Shown one piece after another: positions 34,623 through 43,787 of a stretch of 64,000 nucleotides of DNA. The notes below the pieces were generated by a model. The model saw only the letters and a program-made list of their open reading frames with translations, had not been told where the DNA came from and made no database searches. The position numbers and the translations under genes are program-made. Every line of letters starts with the position of its first letter. The first letter of the stretch is position 1. This DNA is from Acidimicrobiaceae bacterium (GTDB lineage: Bacteria; Actinomycetota; Acidimicrobiia; Acidimicrobiales; Aldehydirespiratoraceae), in NCBI GenBank assembly GCA_028819005.1, contig JAPPMP010000032.1, positions 11,236 through 75,235 on the forward strand. The letters run 5' to 3'.

Positions 34623-35339
34623 TCAGAGGGTCACGTGGGTGACGCAGATGTCGTCGCCTTGGGGCTTGGAAGAGGTGGTGGAGGCGTCGGCCGGGCCGTA
34701 CAGGTGGCCGAGCATTCCCTGCACCATGCCTCGGTCGACGGCGCAGATGACAGGATGCTCGACAACCGCGTCGCCGAAGGGGCAGTGCTGCGCAACGATC
34801 TGGTATCTGTCGTCCTCGGCTCGTTCAGCTCTAGCGGCGAACCCGTGAGCTGACAGGGCGTCGGCTACCGCATGCAAAGCGCCCTGATAGCTGCGATGGG
34901 TTTCGCCGGGGTCGATCGCAGCGGCCATCGCCTTGCCGTATTCGACGCCGACCTCTTCGGCCATCTCCTCAGCGGCACAGGCCGGCAGCATTGCCAAGGC
35001 TCGTCCCAACAGAGACACAAGCACGTCGTCGTGGCGCACGTTCACCTCGAGGCGCACCTCGGTGTGAACCGGCTTGTAGTGCTTGGAAGGACGCCCGACT
35101 CCGCCGTCTGATTTGGCGACCTCGACTCCGAGGTGCCCTCCGGCGGTGAGTTTGTCCAGATGATGACGCGCAACGTTGGCGTGCAGTTCGAACTCTTCGG
35201 CCACCTCGCTCGCGGTCACGCCGTCTGGGTTCTGGTGGACGTGCAGATAGATGTCCCGTCGGGTGACGTCGCCGAAGGCAGAGGTTATTGCCGAGACCGT
35301 TGAGGCGAACTCCGTGGGGCTGAGGTGCTGGGCGTCCAC
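34623..35339 (-). CDS. winged-helix (ArsR/SufR-like) transcriptional regulator with C-terminal Cys cluster
   Basis: wHTH segment 'RRDIYLHVHQNPDGVTASEVAEEFELHANVARHHLDKL'. Cysteines lie in 'QHCPFGDAVVEHPVICAVD'. The start codon is GTG. Confidence 0.65.
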   Translation of the reverse strand: MDAQHLSPTEFASTVSAITSAFGDVTRRDIYLHVHQNPDGVTASEVAEEFELHANVARHHLDKLTAGGHLGVEVAKSDGGVGRPSKHYKPVHTEVRLEVNVRHDDVLVSLLGRALAMLPACAAEEMAEEVGVEYGKAMAAAIDPGETHRSYQGALHAVADALSAHGFAARAERAEDDRYQIVAQHCPFGDAVVEHPVICAVDRGMVQGMLGHLYGPADASTTSSKPQGDDICVTHVTL

Positions 35340-35358
35340 ACCGCTATTCTACGCATAT

Positions 35359-36498
35359 ATGACCGTCACCGAAGCCGAAGTGATTGAGGCGCTGCGTCCG
35401 GTCGAGGATCCAGAGCTTCACCGCAGCATCGTGGATCTGGGCATGGTTCGCTCGACTGTCATCGACGGCGGCCATGTGGAGGTCGGCATCGATCTCACGA
35501 TCGCCGGATGCCCGCTGCGCAACGAGATCCAGAATCGGGTGTCAGGAGCTGTTGCTGCTCTCGACGGCGTCAACGTCGTGACGATCGATTTCGGTGTGAT
35601 GGGAGACGGGCAGCGGGCGAAGATCCGCGAGATGTTGCACGGTGACCCGGCGGCGACAGCGGGGTCGCAACCGGCTCACGGCCACGCGCAGGGGCGTGCG
35701 ATTCCGTTCGCTCAACCGGGCAATCGAACCCGTATCCTGCTCATCGCCTCCGGCAAGGGCGGTGTGGGCAAGTCGTCGGTGACCGCCAACTTGGGTATTG
35801 CCCTGGCACAGCGTGGTCACAGCGTTGCTGTTGTCGATGCTGACGTCTGGGGATTCTCGATACCGCGGATGCTCGGTGTGGAGCATGCCCCGACGGTGAT
35901 CGACGACATGATAATCCCGCCGGAGACCCATGGAGTGCGCTGTGTCTCGATGGGCTTCTTTGCCCGGGAAGATCAACCGGTGATCTGGAGGGGTCCGATG
36001 TTGCACAAGGCGCTCGAGCAGTTCCTGACCGACGTCTTCTGGGACGACCCCGATTTTCTTCTTGTCGACCTGCCTCCGGGCACGGGCGACATTTCGTTGT
36101 CGCTGGCCCAGTTCCTTCCTCGCTCGGAGGCTTACGTCGTCACTACGCCCAACCCTGCGGCCCAACGGGTCGCTCAGCGGGCGGCGTTCATGTTCGAGCA
36201 GGTGAAGATCGGAGTGAAAGCGGTGATCGAGAACATGTCGTGGTTCACCGGCGATGACAGCAAGCGCTACTACCTGTTCGGTTCCGGTGGCGGCGCCGAG
36301 CTTGCCAGACGCCTCGAGGTCGACCTCATCGGGCAGATTCCTATGGCGATAGCGTTGCGCGAGGGTTCGGACCAGGGTGAGCCGATCATGGCGGTGGACC
36401 CGCAAAGCGAGGCGTCGGCCGTCTTTGCTGAGATGGCTCAGTGGATCGAAGCCCGCAAACCGTCGAAACGATCGCATCCTGAATTGATAATCAACTGA
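35359..36498 (+). CDS. mrp: Fe-S cluster carrier ATPase Mrp/ApbC (DUF59 + ParA-type NTPase)
   Basis: N-terminal 'VEDPELHRSIVDLGMV' (DUF59) and deviant Walker A 'ASGKGGVGKSS'. Confidence 0.9.
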   Translation: MTVTEAEVIEALRPVEDPELHRSIVDLGMVRSTVIDGGHVEVGIDLTIAGCPLRNEIQNRVSGAVAALDGVNVVTIDFGVMGDGQRAKIREMLHGDPAATAGSQPAHGHAQGRAIPFAQPGNRTRILLIASGKGGVGKSSVTANLGIALAQRGHSVAVVDADVWGFSIPRMLGVEHAPTVIDDMIIPPETHGVRCVSMGFFAREDQPVIWRGPMLHKALEQFLTDVFWDDPDFLLVDLPPGTGDISLSLAQFLPRSEAYVVTTPNPAAQRVAQRAAFMFEQVKIGVKAVIENMSWFTGDDSKRYYLFGSGGGAELARRLEVDLIGQIPMAIALREGSDQGEPIMAVDPQSEASAVFAEMAQWIEARKPSKRSHPELIIN

Positions 36499-36617
36499 CA
36501 GGTCCGCCCGGTGCCGAAGACGCCCTGCAATAATCCGTGCTGGGCTAGATTAATGGAGTGCGTGCGAGCTGAGTGTTTTGAGTTGAGTGCGCCGACCCGA
36601 ATTAGGAGAACAAGACT

Positions 36618-36845
36618 GTGGATGTCCGCATAGGAGTGAGTGACCACCCCCGCGAGATCGTCGTCCAGCTTCCCGACAAATCCGACCGTTCTGCTGTCAA
36701 GGCTTCGATTGACGAGGCGATCAGCGGTGCGACCGCAACGCTGTGGTTGACCGACGAGAAGGGCAAGGAAGTGGCAGTGGCGGCGGCGAAGATCGCGTTT
36801 GTCGAACTGGGCCCCGAAGGGGGCAACCCGATCGGCTTCGGCTGA
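36618..36845 (+). CDS. DUF3107-like small protein
   Basis: 75 aa with a GTG start after AGGAG. 'VRIGVSDHPREIVV...LWLTDEKGKEV' matches the conserved actinobacterial family. Confidence 0.7.
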   Translation: MDVRIGVSDHPREIVVQLPDKSDRSAVKASIDEAISGATATLWLTDEKGKEVAVAAAKIAFVELGPEGGNPIGFG

Positions 36846-36863
36846 TTCAAGGCGGGATTTGCG

Positions 36864-38429
36864 GTGGCCGGCCTCGCGGAGATTGCCAGGGCGAAGACGA
36901 ATCTCGATTCGGGGGCCATTTCTCACCTTCAGCGCTTGGTCAGTTCATGGTCGCTGTTGAGTGATCTGTCTTTCAGCGACTTGCTGCTCTATGTTCCGGG
37001 GAACGGCGCATCGAGCGTCACCGAAGAGAGCGAGTTCGTCGTCTTGGGACACACCCGTTCCGTTACGGGAACTACGGTTCACTACGGAGACCCGGTGGGT
37101 CAGACCGTGTCGGTTGCGGATCATCCGCTGTTGGCCCGGGCCGTGCGGGAGCGCAAGCGGTTGCAGGGTCTGATCACCAGAAGCGACTTGCATGGGCCTG
37201 ACCTTGATGACCAACTGGTCGAAGAAGACGTCAGGATGCCCGACGCGGGCGCACAGACAGCGGTCGAATACATCCCGGTGCGTGGCAACGGGGACATCTT
37301 GGCGGTGCTCACCAGAGAAGCGGAGTCGGCATTCGTTCGCCACCGAAGTCCGGTTGAACGCCCATACCGCGCTGTCGGGGAGCGTTTGGCGCAGATGGTT
37401 GTCGACGGCACTTTTCCCTTCGTTGAATCGGAGCGGGTCGGCGAACTGCGCGAGCCGCGTGTGGGTGACGGTGTGCTGGTTCTGGACCGTGAGGGCCGGA
37501 TCGAATACGCGTCGCCCAACGCTGTGTCGGCCATGCATCGCCTGCGCGTGCTCAGCAACCTTGAGGGTAGACGGCTGCGGGAGTTGGGCATCGACGAGTC
37601 GGCGATGCAGCGGGCGTTTTCCTCGCGCCACAGCACGGTCGACGAATTCGAAGAGGCCGAAGATGCATGTGTGGTGGTTCGTTGCCATCCGTTGATCGAG
37701 GACGGGCGGGTGACCGGCGCCGTCAGCCTGTTACGCGACATTTCTGAGCTTCGCAGCCGGGATCGGCTCCTGATCTCAAAGAACGCGACGATTCGTGAGA
37801 TTCACCACCGCGTGAAGAACAATCTGCAAACGATCCAGTCGCTGCTGCGTTTGCAGACCCGGCGCCTTTCTTCGCCAGAGGCGATTGCGGCGGTCGAGCA
37901 GTCGGCGCGTCGGATCGGGTCGATCGCGGTGGTCCACGAGACCCTCACTGCCGACGCTGGGGACATCGTTGACTTCGACGCGGTCGTGAGCAGGCTTGTG
38001 CGGATGGTCGAGGAGGGTCTCGGTGCGCCGGAGCGGCCGCTGAAGATCGAGGTGAGCGGGAGCATCGGTGCGCTCACCGGAGACGTTTCGATGCCTTTGG
38101 CGGTGGTCGTCACCGAGTTGTTGCAGAACTCCATCGATCACAGTTCCGGGTCTGATCATCCGGTGACAGTCAGACTGGGCGGTGATAGCAAGGAGTTGTC
38201 GATCTGTGTCCAGGATCACGGTCCCGGCGTCCCTGACGGATTCTCCCTTGACCGCGACGCCGGCCTGGGGTTGACGATCGTCCGTACTTTCGTCGTTTCG
38301 GATCTTGGGGGTCGGATCACGTTTGTCCGGCCGGACGCCAATGGCGTCGGCTCCGATGCGGAGGGGTCTGCGGGAACGATCGTCGATGTGCGGGTTCCTC
38401 GCCCCGGCCCGGCGTTGCCGTTGGGCTAG
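36864..38429 (+). CDS. pdtaS: sensor histidine kinase PdtaS-like (GAF/PAS + HisKA_2 + HATPase)
   Basis: 'IHHRVKNNLQTIQSLLRLQ' H-box and a C-terminal ATPase ('GLGLTIVRTFV'). It is adjacent to whiB, as in mycobacteria. Confidence 0.8.
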   Translation: MAGLAEIARAKTNLDSGAISHLQRLVSSWSLLSDLSFSDLLLYVPGNGASSVTEESEFVVLGHTRSVTGTTVHYGDPVGQTVSVADHPLLARAVRERKRLQGLITRSDLHGPDLDDQLVEEDVRMPDAGAQTAVEYIPVRGNGDILAVLTREAESAFVRHRSPVERPYRAVGERLAQMVVDGTFPFVESERVGELREPRVGDGVLVLDREGRIEYASPNAVSAMHRLRVLSNLEGRRLRELGIDESAMQRAFSSRHSTVDEFEEAEDACVVVRCHPLIEDGRVTGAVSLLRDISELRSRDRLLISKNATIREIHHRVKNNLQTIQSLLRLQTRRLSSPEAIAAVEQSARRIGSIAVVHETLTADAGDIVDFDAVVSRLVRMVEEGLGAPERPLKIEVSGSIGALTGDVSMPLAVVVTELLQNSIDHSSGSDHPVTVRLGGDSKELSICVQDHGPGVPDGFSLDRDAGLGLTIVRTFVVSDLGGRITFVRPDANGVGSDAEGSAGTIVDVRVPRPGPALPLG

Positions 38430-38464
38430 GGGTCGCTGCAGCCGTGCTTGCCGGTTCAGCGTTC

Positions 38465-38635
38465 AGGCCGGCGGCCGGCGGTTGGGCCGGCGCTCGGTGG
38501 TCGGGCCGGCGGCCGGTGGTCGGGCCGGCGTCCGGTGGTCGGGCCGGCGTCCGGTGGTCGGGCCGGCGGCCGGTGGTCGGGCCGGCGTCCGGTGGTCGGG
38601 CCGGCGTCCGGTGGTCGGGCCGGCGTCCGGTGGTC
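38465..38635. repeat. 19-bp tandem repeat, 8 good copies plus 1 degenerate copy (GGGCCGGCGTCCGGTGGTC)
   Basis: Copies start every 19 nt from 38484 to 38617. The variable position is G/T/C at nt 10-11. The last copy overlaps the whiB stop codon (38634-38636). Confidence 0.95.
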
Positions 38636-38927
38636 AGGCGCGTGGTTTGGCCAGGGCTGACGCTGCGCGCAGGCGTCGGCGGATAATCCGGCGCTCTTCT
38701 TCGGAGGTGCCGCCCCACACGCCAGTGTCCTGGTTGGTTGAGAGGGCGAAATCGAGGCATGCGTCCTTGCAGAGGCATGAGCAGCAGACCTCTTTTGCGG
38801 AGGCGATCTGGTCGACTGCGGGTCCGGTGGTCCCGACTGGAAAGAACAGGGCGGGATCTGTGTCGCGGCATGCGGCATCAACTCTCCAGTCGATTGCCGA
38901 TGCGAACGCTTCGGCTGTAAGGGCCAC
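38634..38927 (-). CDS. whiB: WhiB-family Fe-S transcriptional regulator (WhiB1-like by synteny)
   Basis: Four-Cys pattern ('AACRDT', 'CCSCLCKDAC') and the 'GVWGGTSEEERR' turn and basic tail. Confidence 0.9.
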   Translation of the reverse strand: MALTAEAFASAIDWRVDAACRDTDPALFFPVGTTGPAVDQIASAKEVCCSCLCKDACLDFALSTNQDTGVWGGTSEEERRIIRRRLRAASALAKPRA

Positions 38928-39111
38928 GTTTGTCCTCCTACTACACTATTTTTTGGCCGTTGAGCCTCGCTGGTTCCCCCAGCGATTCGGCAATAATAGG
39001 AACAGGTTCTCTTTCCGCGCAAGTGTTTTCTTGAAACTTGTTCTCCTTTTGTCAATCAACAACGAGCAAACCGGTGTACTTGTCGCGCCGATATCCGCGA
39101 GACTTTGAGCA

Positions 39112-39801
39112 ATGACCTATGTGATCGCACATCGAGGAGCCTCTAACGCAGCCCAGGAGAACACGCTGCCCGCGTTCCGACTGGCCCAGACGATGGGCGC
39201 CGAATGGGTTGAGCTTGATGCTCGCCGTGCCGCTGACGGCGTGGTGGTGGTCCATCACGACGCCCACCTTGCCGATGGACGGATACTCGCGGAGGTCTCA
39301 AGCGACGAGCTGCCGCCCTACATTCCGAGTCTCGCTGAGGCGCTCGAAGCCTGCGAGTCGATCAGCGTCAACATCGAGATCAAGAACCTTCCGAACGATC
39401 CCGACTACGACGAAGATCATCTGGTGGCGGATGCGGTCGCGGGTCTGGTGCAGGCCTATCTCGGCCCCGAGCGAACGCTGATCACATCGTTCAACATCGA
39501 CGCGGTCGATCGCATCCGTGCTGTTGATCCGTCGATTCCGTGTGGGTGGTTGTTGTATGAGATGATCGATCCGGCCAGTGCCATCGGCCGTGCGGTCGCT
39601 CATGAGATGGCCGCGATTCACCCCTGGGACGTCCTCGTCGACGTCAATTTCGTCAATCGGGCCCATGCTGCGGGGCTGCTGGTGAATGTGTGGACCGTCG
39701 ATGACCCGGAGCGGATGGTTCAACTCATCGAGATGGGGGTCGATGGAATCTGCACCAACGTTCCCGATGTGGCGAGAAGCGTCATCGACAGGAGCGGCTG
39801 A
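39112..39801 (+). CDS. glycerophosphodiester phosphodiesterase
   Basis: 'VIAHRGASNAAQENTLPAF' and 'VELDARR' GDPD motifs. Confidence 0.85.
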   Translation: MTYVIAHRGASNAAQENTLPAFRLAQTMGAEWVELDARRAADGVVVVHHDAHLADGRILAEVSSDELPPYIPSLAEALEACESISVNIEIKNLPNDPDYDEDHLVADAVAGLVQAYLGPERTLITSFNIDAVDRIRAVDPSIPCGWLLYEMIDPASAIGRAVAHEMAAIHPWDVLVDVNFVNRAHAAGLLVNVWTVDDPERMVQLIEMGVDGICTNVPDVARSVIDRSG

Positions 39802-39812
39802 CCCGCGGCCCT

Positions 39813-39952
39813 GGCGGCCCGGTGAGCGAGAGCGGGAGTGTCTGCGCCCGGGCGGCCCGGTGAGCGAGAGCGGGAGTGTCTGCGCCCGGGCGGCCCGGTG
39901 AGCGAGAGCGGGCGAGAGCGGGAGTGTCTGTGCCCGGGCGGTCCGGTGAGCG
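39813..39952. repeat. 38-bp tandem repeat, about 3.4 copies (GGCGGCCCGGTGAGCGAGAGCGGGAGTGTCTGCGCCCG)
   Basis: Copies lie at 39813-39850, 39851-39888 and 39889-39936 (the last with an internal 10-nt duplication), plus a partial copy to 39952. The array fills the convergent intergenic gap. Confidence 0.95.
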
Positions 39953-39972
39953 TGGCGAACAGGAGCGAATGC

Positions 39973-40902
39973 TCAGGGTCCCTCGGGCATCAGCAGCGAG
40001 AGACGCTCGGGCGTCCAGGTGAATCGCAACCGCTTGCTCGCGCCGAGATAGTCGCCGTCAACCTGATACGGGGCCGGAGGGTCGCATTCGATGACCAGTG
40101 AACGCATGTCGGTGCGGATGTCGACATTGCGCCGTTCATTCAGTTCTCTGCCTCGCAGCGCGCCGGCCAAGACGGGGCCGAGACTGGAAAGTCGGAGTTC
40201 CTCGAGGGTCACCACGGCAAGTGGATCTTTGAGGGTGAGTCCCGGAACGAGATCGATTGGACGGTTGCCCAGATACGTATAGGGATTGGTGTTCATCACC
40301 ACAGTCAAAAAACCTTCCGACAGCTCTTCACCGTTCGGCCCGGTCACCCGTATAGAAGCCTTGCGACGATCTACCCCCCGGACCCAGGTGTCGAGCGCCG
40401 CCCAGACGAACAGGGGATGGCCTGCCCACCGTTTCCACGGACCGCGTGTCTCGACCTGTTCCACGACCGCCGCGTCGAATCCGACGCCGCAGTGGAACAG
40501 GAAATAGCGACCCTCGACCGCTCCGAGGCCGATGCGGTGAATCGAACCCCGGTCGATGGCGTCGAGCAGGACCAGGGAAGCATCGGCAGGGTCGTCGGGA
40601 AGACCGAGTATCCGGGCGAACACATTGGTTGAGCCGCCCGGGAGTGTCGCCAGGGCGGTGTCGGTGCCTGCAAGTCCGTTCGCGGCCTCATTCACGGTGC
40701 CGTCGCCCCCCAGCACGACAACGAGGTCGTAGTTGTCGTTGGCTGCGGACTGAGCGAGGCGGGTGGCATGCCCCGAACGACTGGTTTCGGCCAGGGTCAC
40801 ATCGTGGTCAGCCGACAGAATCTTGTAGGTGATCACCCGGCGCCGGGCCGTGACCGAGGAGGCGACAGAATTGACGATGAAACAGATGCGCAAGAACATC
40901 AA
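39973..40902 (-). CDS. diacylglycerol/lipid kinase family protein
   Basis: 'VVVLGGDGTVNEAANGL' DAGK catalytic motif. Confidence 0.85.
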   Translation of the reverse strand: MMFLRICFIVNSVASSVTARRRVITYKILSADHDVTLAETSRSGHATRLAQSAANDNYDLVVVLGGDGTVNEAANGLAGTDTALATLPGGSTNVFARILGLPDDPADASLVLLDAIDRGSIHRIGLGAVEGRYFLFHCGVGFDAAVVEQVETRGPWKRWAGHPLFVWAALDTWVRGVDRRKASIRVTGPNGEELSEGFLTVVMNTNPYTYLGNRPIDLVPGLTLKDPLAVVTLEELRLSSLGPVLAGALRGRELNERRNVDIRTDMRSLVIECDPPAPYQVDGDYLGASKRLRFTWTPERLSLLMPEGP

Positions 40903-40959
40903 AACTATCCGCTCAACTCAGATAGGCATTCGGCAACCTCGCTGGCAGACTCGTGGGCT

Positions 40960-41739
40960 ATGAAAGTCGTTGTATGCGTTAAACAGATCCCAGACCCGGC
41001 CGACCCCGGCGCGCTCGACCCGGACAGCATGACGCTCGTCCGTGATCAGAAGCTGATTCTCGACGAATCTGACAGTTACGGAGTCGAGATGGCCTTGCAG
41101 CTCGTCGACACGGCTGGCGCCGGGTCGGTGCATCTGGTCTCGATGGCCCCCGACAATCAGGTGACCGGTCTGCGCACCGCGCTGGCGATGGGCGCCGACA
41201 GCGCGACGCTGGTGAGTGACGAAGCGCTCAAGGGCACTGATGCTCTGGGCACGGCCAGGGTACTTGCTGCTGCTATTGCTCGCAGCGAACCCGACTTGGT
41301 GCTGGCGGCGACCGAGTCGAGTGACGGATACACGGGCACGGTGCCTGAAATGGTGGCTGAGCTGTTGGAGCTCCCCTCGGTGACGTTCGCCAAAGCGGTT
41401 GCCGTCGAAGCAGGCGTAGCCAAGGTGCAGCGCCAGACCGAAGCTGGTTACGACGACGTCGAGTGTCCGCTTCCGGTGGTGGTGTCGGTGACGGCCGGTG
41501 TGGTGGAGCCGCGTTATCCCTCATTCAAGGGGATCATGTCGGCCAAGTCGAAGCCGGTCGACGAACTCGGTATCGGCGATCTCGGAATTGAAGCGGGATC
41601 TGTTGGTTGGGCCGGCGGCGGTCAGGAGATTGCGAGCGTGAAAGACGCTCCCACCCGCGATGCCGGCGAAGTGATCGAAGATGACGGGGACGCCCATGAG
41701 CGCATCGTGGCCTTCCTCGACGAGCTCAAGGTTCTGTGA
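40960..41739 (+). CDS. etfB: electron transfer flavoprotein beta subunit
   Basis: 'MKVVVCVKQIPD' start and the overall EtfB pattern. Confidence 0.9.
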   Translation: MKVVVCVKQIPDPADPGALDPDSMTLVRDQKLILDESDSYGVEMALQLVDTAGAGSVHLVSMAPDNQVTGLRTALAMGADSATLVSDEALKGTDALGTARVLAAAIARSEPDLVLAATESSDGYTGTVPEMVAELLELPSVTFAKAVAVEAGVAKVQRQTEAGYDDVECPLPVVVSVTAGVVEPRYPSFKGIMSAKSKPVDELGIGDLGIEAGSVGWAGGGQEIASVKDAPTRDAGEVIEDDGDAHERIVAFLDELKVL

Positions 41740-41752
41740 GGGAGGACACGAA

Positions 41753-42721
41753 ATGGGACTCGAGAAGATCTGGGTGTTCGGTGAAGCCAACGGCGACGCT
41801 GTAGCCACAATCACTCTGGAAATGCTGGCCAAAGCCCGCGAGATCGCCGACACCGTCGAGGTGTTCATGGGCGCCGACGGTGACGACTACGCGGAAGAAC
41901 TCGGCGACCACGGCGCTGAGACCGTCTACGCCACCGGTGACCTTGATGGAGCCATGCAGGGGGTTTCGGTTGCCGCCGCGGTCGCCGAGGCGATTCAAAG
42001 CGGTGACGTGGATGCGCCCGCTGCGTTCATGCTCGGCACCACCCAAGACGGGCGTGATGTTGCCGCCCGCTTGTCGGTCAAGCTCAGTTCGCCGGTCATC
42101 ACCAACATTGTCGATCTCGTCCTTGAAGGCGATGATCTGCTCGGCAGCGAACCGATTTTCGGTGGGGCGACCGATGTGATGACCAAGAACACCTCGGGCA
42201 ACCCGGGGATCTTCCTGGTCAGGCCGAAATCGTTCGTGGCAGAGCCTGTGGGCGGTGCTGAAGCCGATGTTGAGGACCTCGACGTCGGCGAGCTCGGTGC
42301 AGTCGGCGCCGCGCGAGTAGTTGCCACCTTCGCCGAAGAGTCGGACGGCCCGAAGCTTGATGAAGCCGACATCGTCGTCTCGGGCGGCCGCGGGCTCGGC
42401 GACAAAGAGGCCTATTCGATGATCGAGGACCTGGCCAACGCCGTGGGCGCTGCTCCTGGCGCCAGTCGTGCCATCGTCGACGCCGGTTGGGTTCCCTACA
42501 GCTATCAAGTTGGTCAGACCGGCAAGGTTGTGAAACCGACGGTCTACATTGCCTGCGGCATATCCGGAGCAACCCAGCACCTTGTCGGTATGAAGGGGTC
42601 GAAGAACATCATCGCCATCAACAAGGATTCCGAGGCGCCCATCTTCGCTGTTGCGGATCTCGGCATTGTGGGTGATGTCCACAAGGTTCTCCCCAAGCTG
42701 ATCGAGGCGCTCAGCAACTGA
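41753..42721 (+). CDS. etfA: electron transfer flavoprotein alpha subunit
   Basis: The ATG is preceded by GAGGGAGGA. FAD-binding C-terminus '[16 protein letters not shown]'. Confidence 0.9.
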   Translation: MGLEKIWVFGEANGDAVATITLEMLAKAREIADTVEVFMGADGDDYAEELGDHGAETVYATGDLDGAMQGVSVAAAVAEAIQSGDVDAPAAFMLGTTQDGRDVAARLSVKLSSPVITNIVDLVLEGDDLLGSEPIFGGATDVMTKNTSGNPGIFLVRPKSFVAEPVGGAEADVEDLDVGELGAVGAARVVATFAEESDGPKLDEADIVVSGGRGLGDKEAYSMIEDLANAVGAAPGASRAIVDAGWVPYSYQVGQTGKVVKPTVYIACGISGATQHLVGMKGSKNIIAINKDSEAPIFAVADLGIVGDVHKVLPKLIEALSN

Positions 42722-42846
42722 TCGGTCGCCTTGCGGCTGCAATCTCGGGGCGTTATCGGCTTTTGTCATTTATGACAAAATGCACAGACTTTTCCACATC
42801 TGTTGACTAGTGCCGGTTGGATGGCGGTTGTTGAAGCTAGGTCCCA

Positions 42847-42992
42847 GAGGCCGAGCGGCCTGGTGGGCGCAGCGAACAAAGAGCGGGAGACGATGAGGCC
42901 CGAGCGGCCTGGTGGGTGCAGCGAACAAAGAGCGGGAGACGATGAGGCCCGAGCGGCCCGGTGAGCGCAGCGAACAAAGAGCGGAAGACAAC
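42847..42992. repeat. 48/49-bp tandem repeat, 3 copies (GAGGCCCGAGCGGCCTGGTGGGTGCAGCGAACAAAGAGCGGGAGACGAT)
   Basis: Copies lie at 42847-42894, 42895-42943 and 42944-42992. The third copy contains GCGGCCCGGTGAGCG, identical to the core of the 39.8-kb repeat. Confidence 0.95.
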
Positions 42993-43030
42993 GTATCGCG
43001 ACTCTAAGGCTCACCTGTTCTGCTCGCTCT

Positions 43031-43780
43031 TCAGACCAGTGGCCAGGGCCAGCGGTGTCGGTTGCTGTCGCCGTGTGGGAAGGTTCCGCTGGTGGCCAGG
43101 GCCTTGGTGCGGGTGAGCATCGCGTCCTGTTCCAGCGGGTCGAGGAGAGCCGCGACCTCCTCGGGTATTCCGCCCTCGATCAGCCCCCATAGGTCCGCCC
43201 TCAAGCGCTCTGGGAGTGGTTCTCCCGCGAAGTCCCACAGCACTGTGCGGAGTTTGAACTGGTGATGAAATGCAAGACCATGGTCGATCGCCCAGATCCG
43301 GCCGTCGGTTCCCAGCAGGCAGTGCCCTGATTTTCGATCGGTGTTGTTGATCACCAGGTCGAGCGCGCAGATTTGCCGGAAGGAGTCGTCGTAGCGGTCG
43401 CTGGACTCGTGCAGCGTGAAGTAGTGCTCTTCGAATTCATGGGGGACGAAGAGTTGCAGTGCCCCCGTTTCGAGAGGTGCGTCGTCTCGCACGACGGTGG
43501 GAGGAACCAATTCCCAGCCGAGACACTCGGCGATTAGGAAGGCTGCGACCTCCCTTCGATACAGCCCGTCCGGGAAGTCCCAGAGCGGGCGCTCTCCTTG
43601 AAGCGGCTTGTAGATCGCCTGCGCTCGGAGTCCTTCATGGCAGAGATTGACGAGGAACGTCGCATTGGATGAGTACGGCATCCGCCCGACGAGCTCCATC
43701 TCGCTGTCACGGAGCAGCGTCAATGCCCGTTCAGCGCTGATCGGCTCGCGATCAAAAATCGGCGACTCGTTCTCGCTCAT
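43031..43780 (-). CDS. SCO1664-family protein (PI3/4-kinase-like fold family, function unknown)
   Basis: 249 aa with 'YSSNATFLV', 'AIYKPLQGERPLWDFP' and 'LVINNTDRKSGH'. It is part of the conserved trio with DUF3090 and a phosphomutase-like gene. Confidence 0.7.
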   Translation of the reverse strand: MSENESPIFDREPISAERALTLLRDSEMELVGRMPYSSNATFLVNLCHEGLRAQAIYKPLQGERPLWDFPDGLYRREVAAFLIAECLGWELVPPTVVRDDAPLETGALQLFVPHEFEEHYFTLHESSDRYDDSFRQICALDLVINNTDRKSGHCLLGTDGRIWAIDHGLAFHHQFKLRTVLWDFAGEPLPERLRADLWGLIEGGIPEEVAALLDPLEQDAMLTRTKALATSGTFPHGDSNRHRWPWPLV

Positions 43781-43787
43781 CTAGCCG

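Noticed and set aside
38305-39108. ORFs reading through the 19-bp repeat: 267 aa and 80/70 aa on the plus strand, and 184/199 aa on the minus strand.
   Set aside because: The repeat period of 19 is not divisible by 3, so each ORF changes peptide register every unit and all frames are open. Part of the minus-strand ORFs is the true whiB gene in another frame.
38928-39111. AT-rich whiB/GDPD divergent region with CAAGT-N11-ACTTG as a possible CRP-type site, by analogy with mycobacterial whiB1.
   Set aside because: Only a 5-bp arm match, and it does not resemble TGTGA-N6-TCACA. It is kept only as a probable promoter region, not reported as a site.
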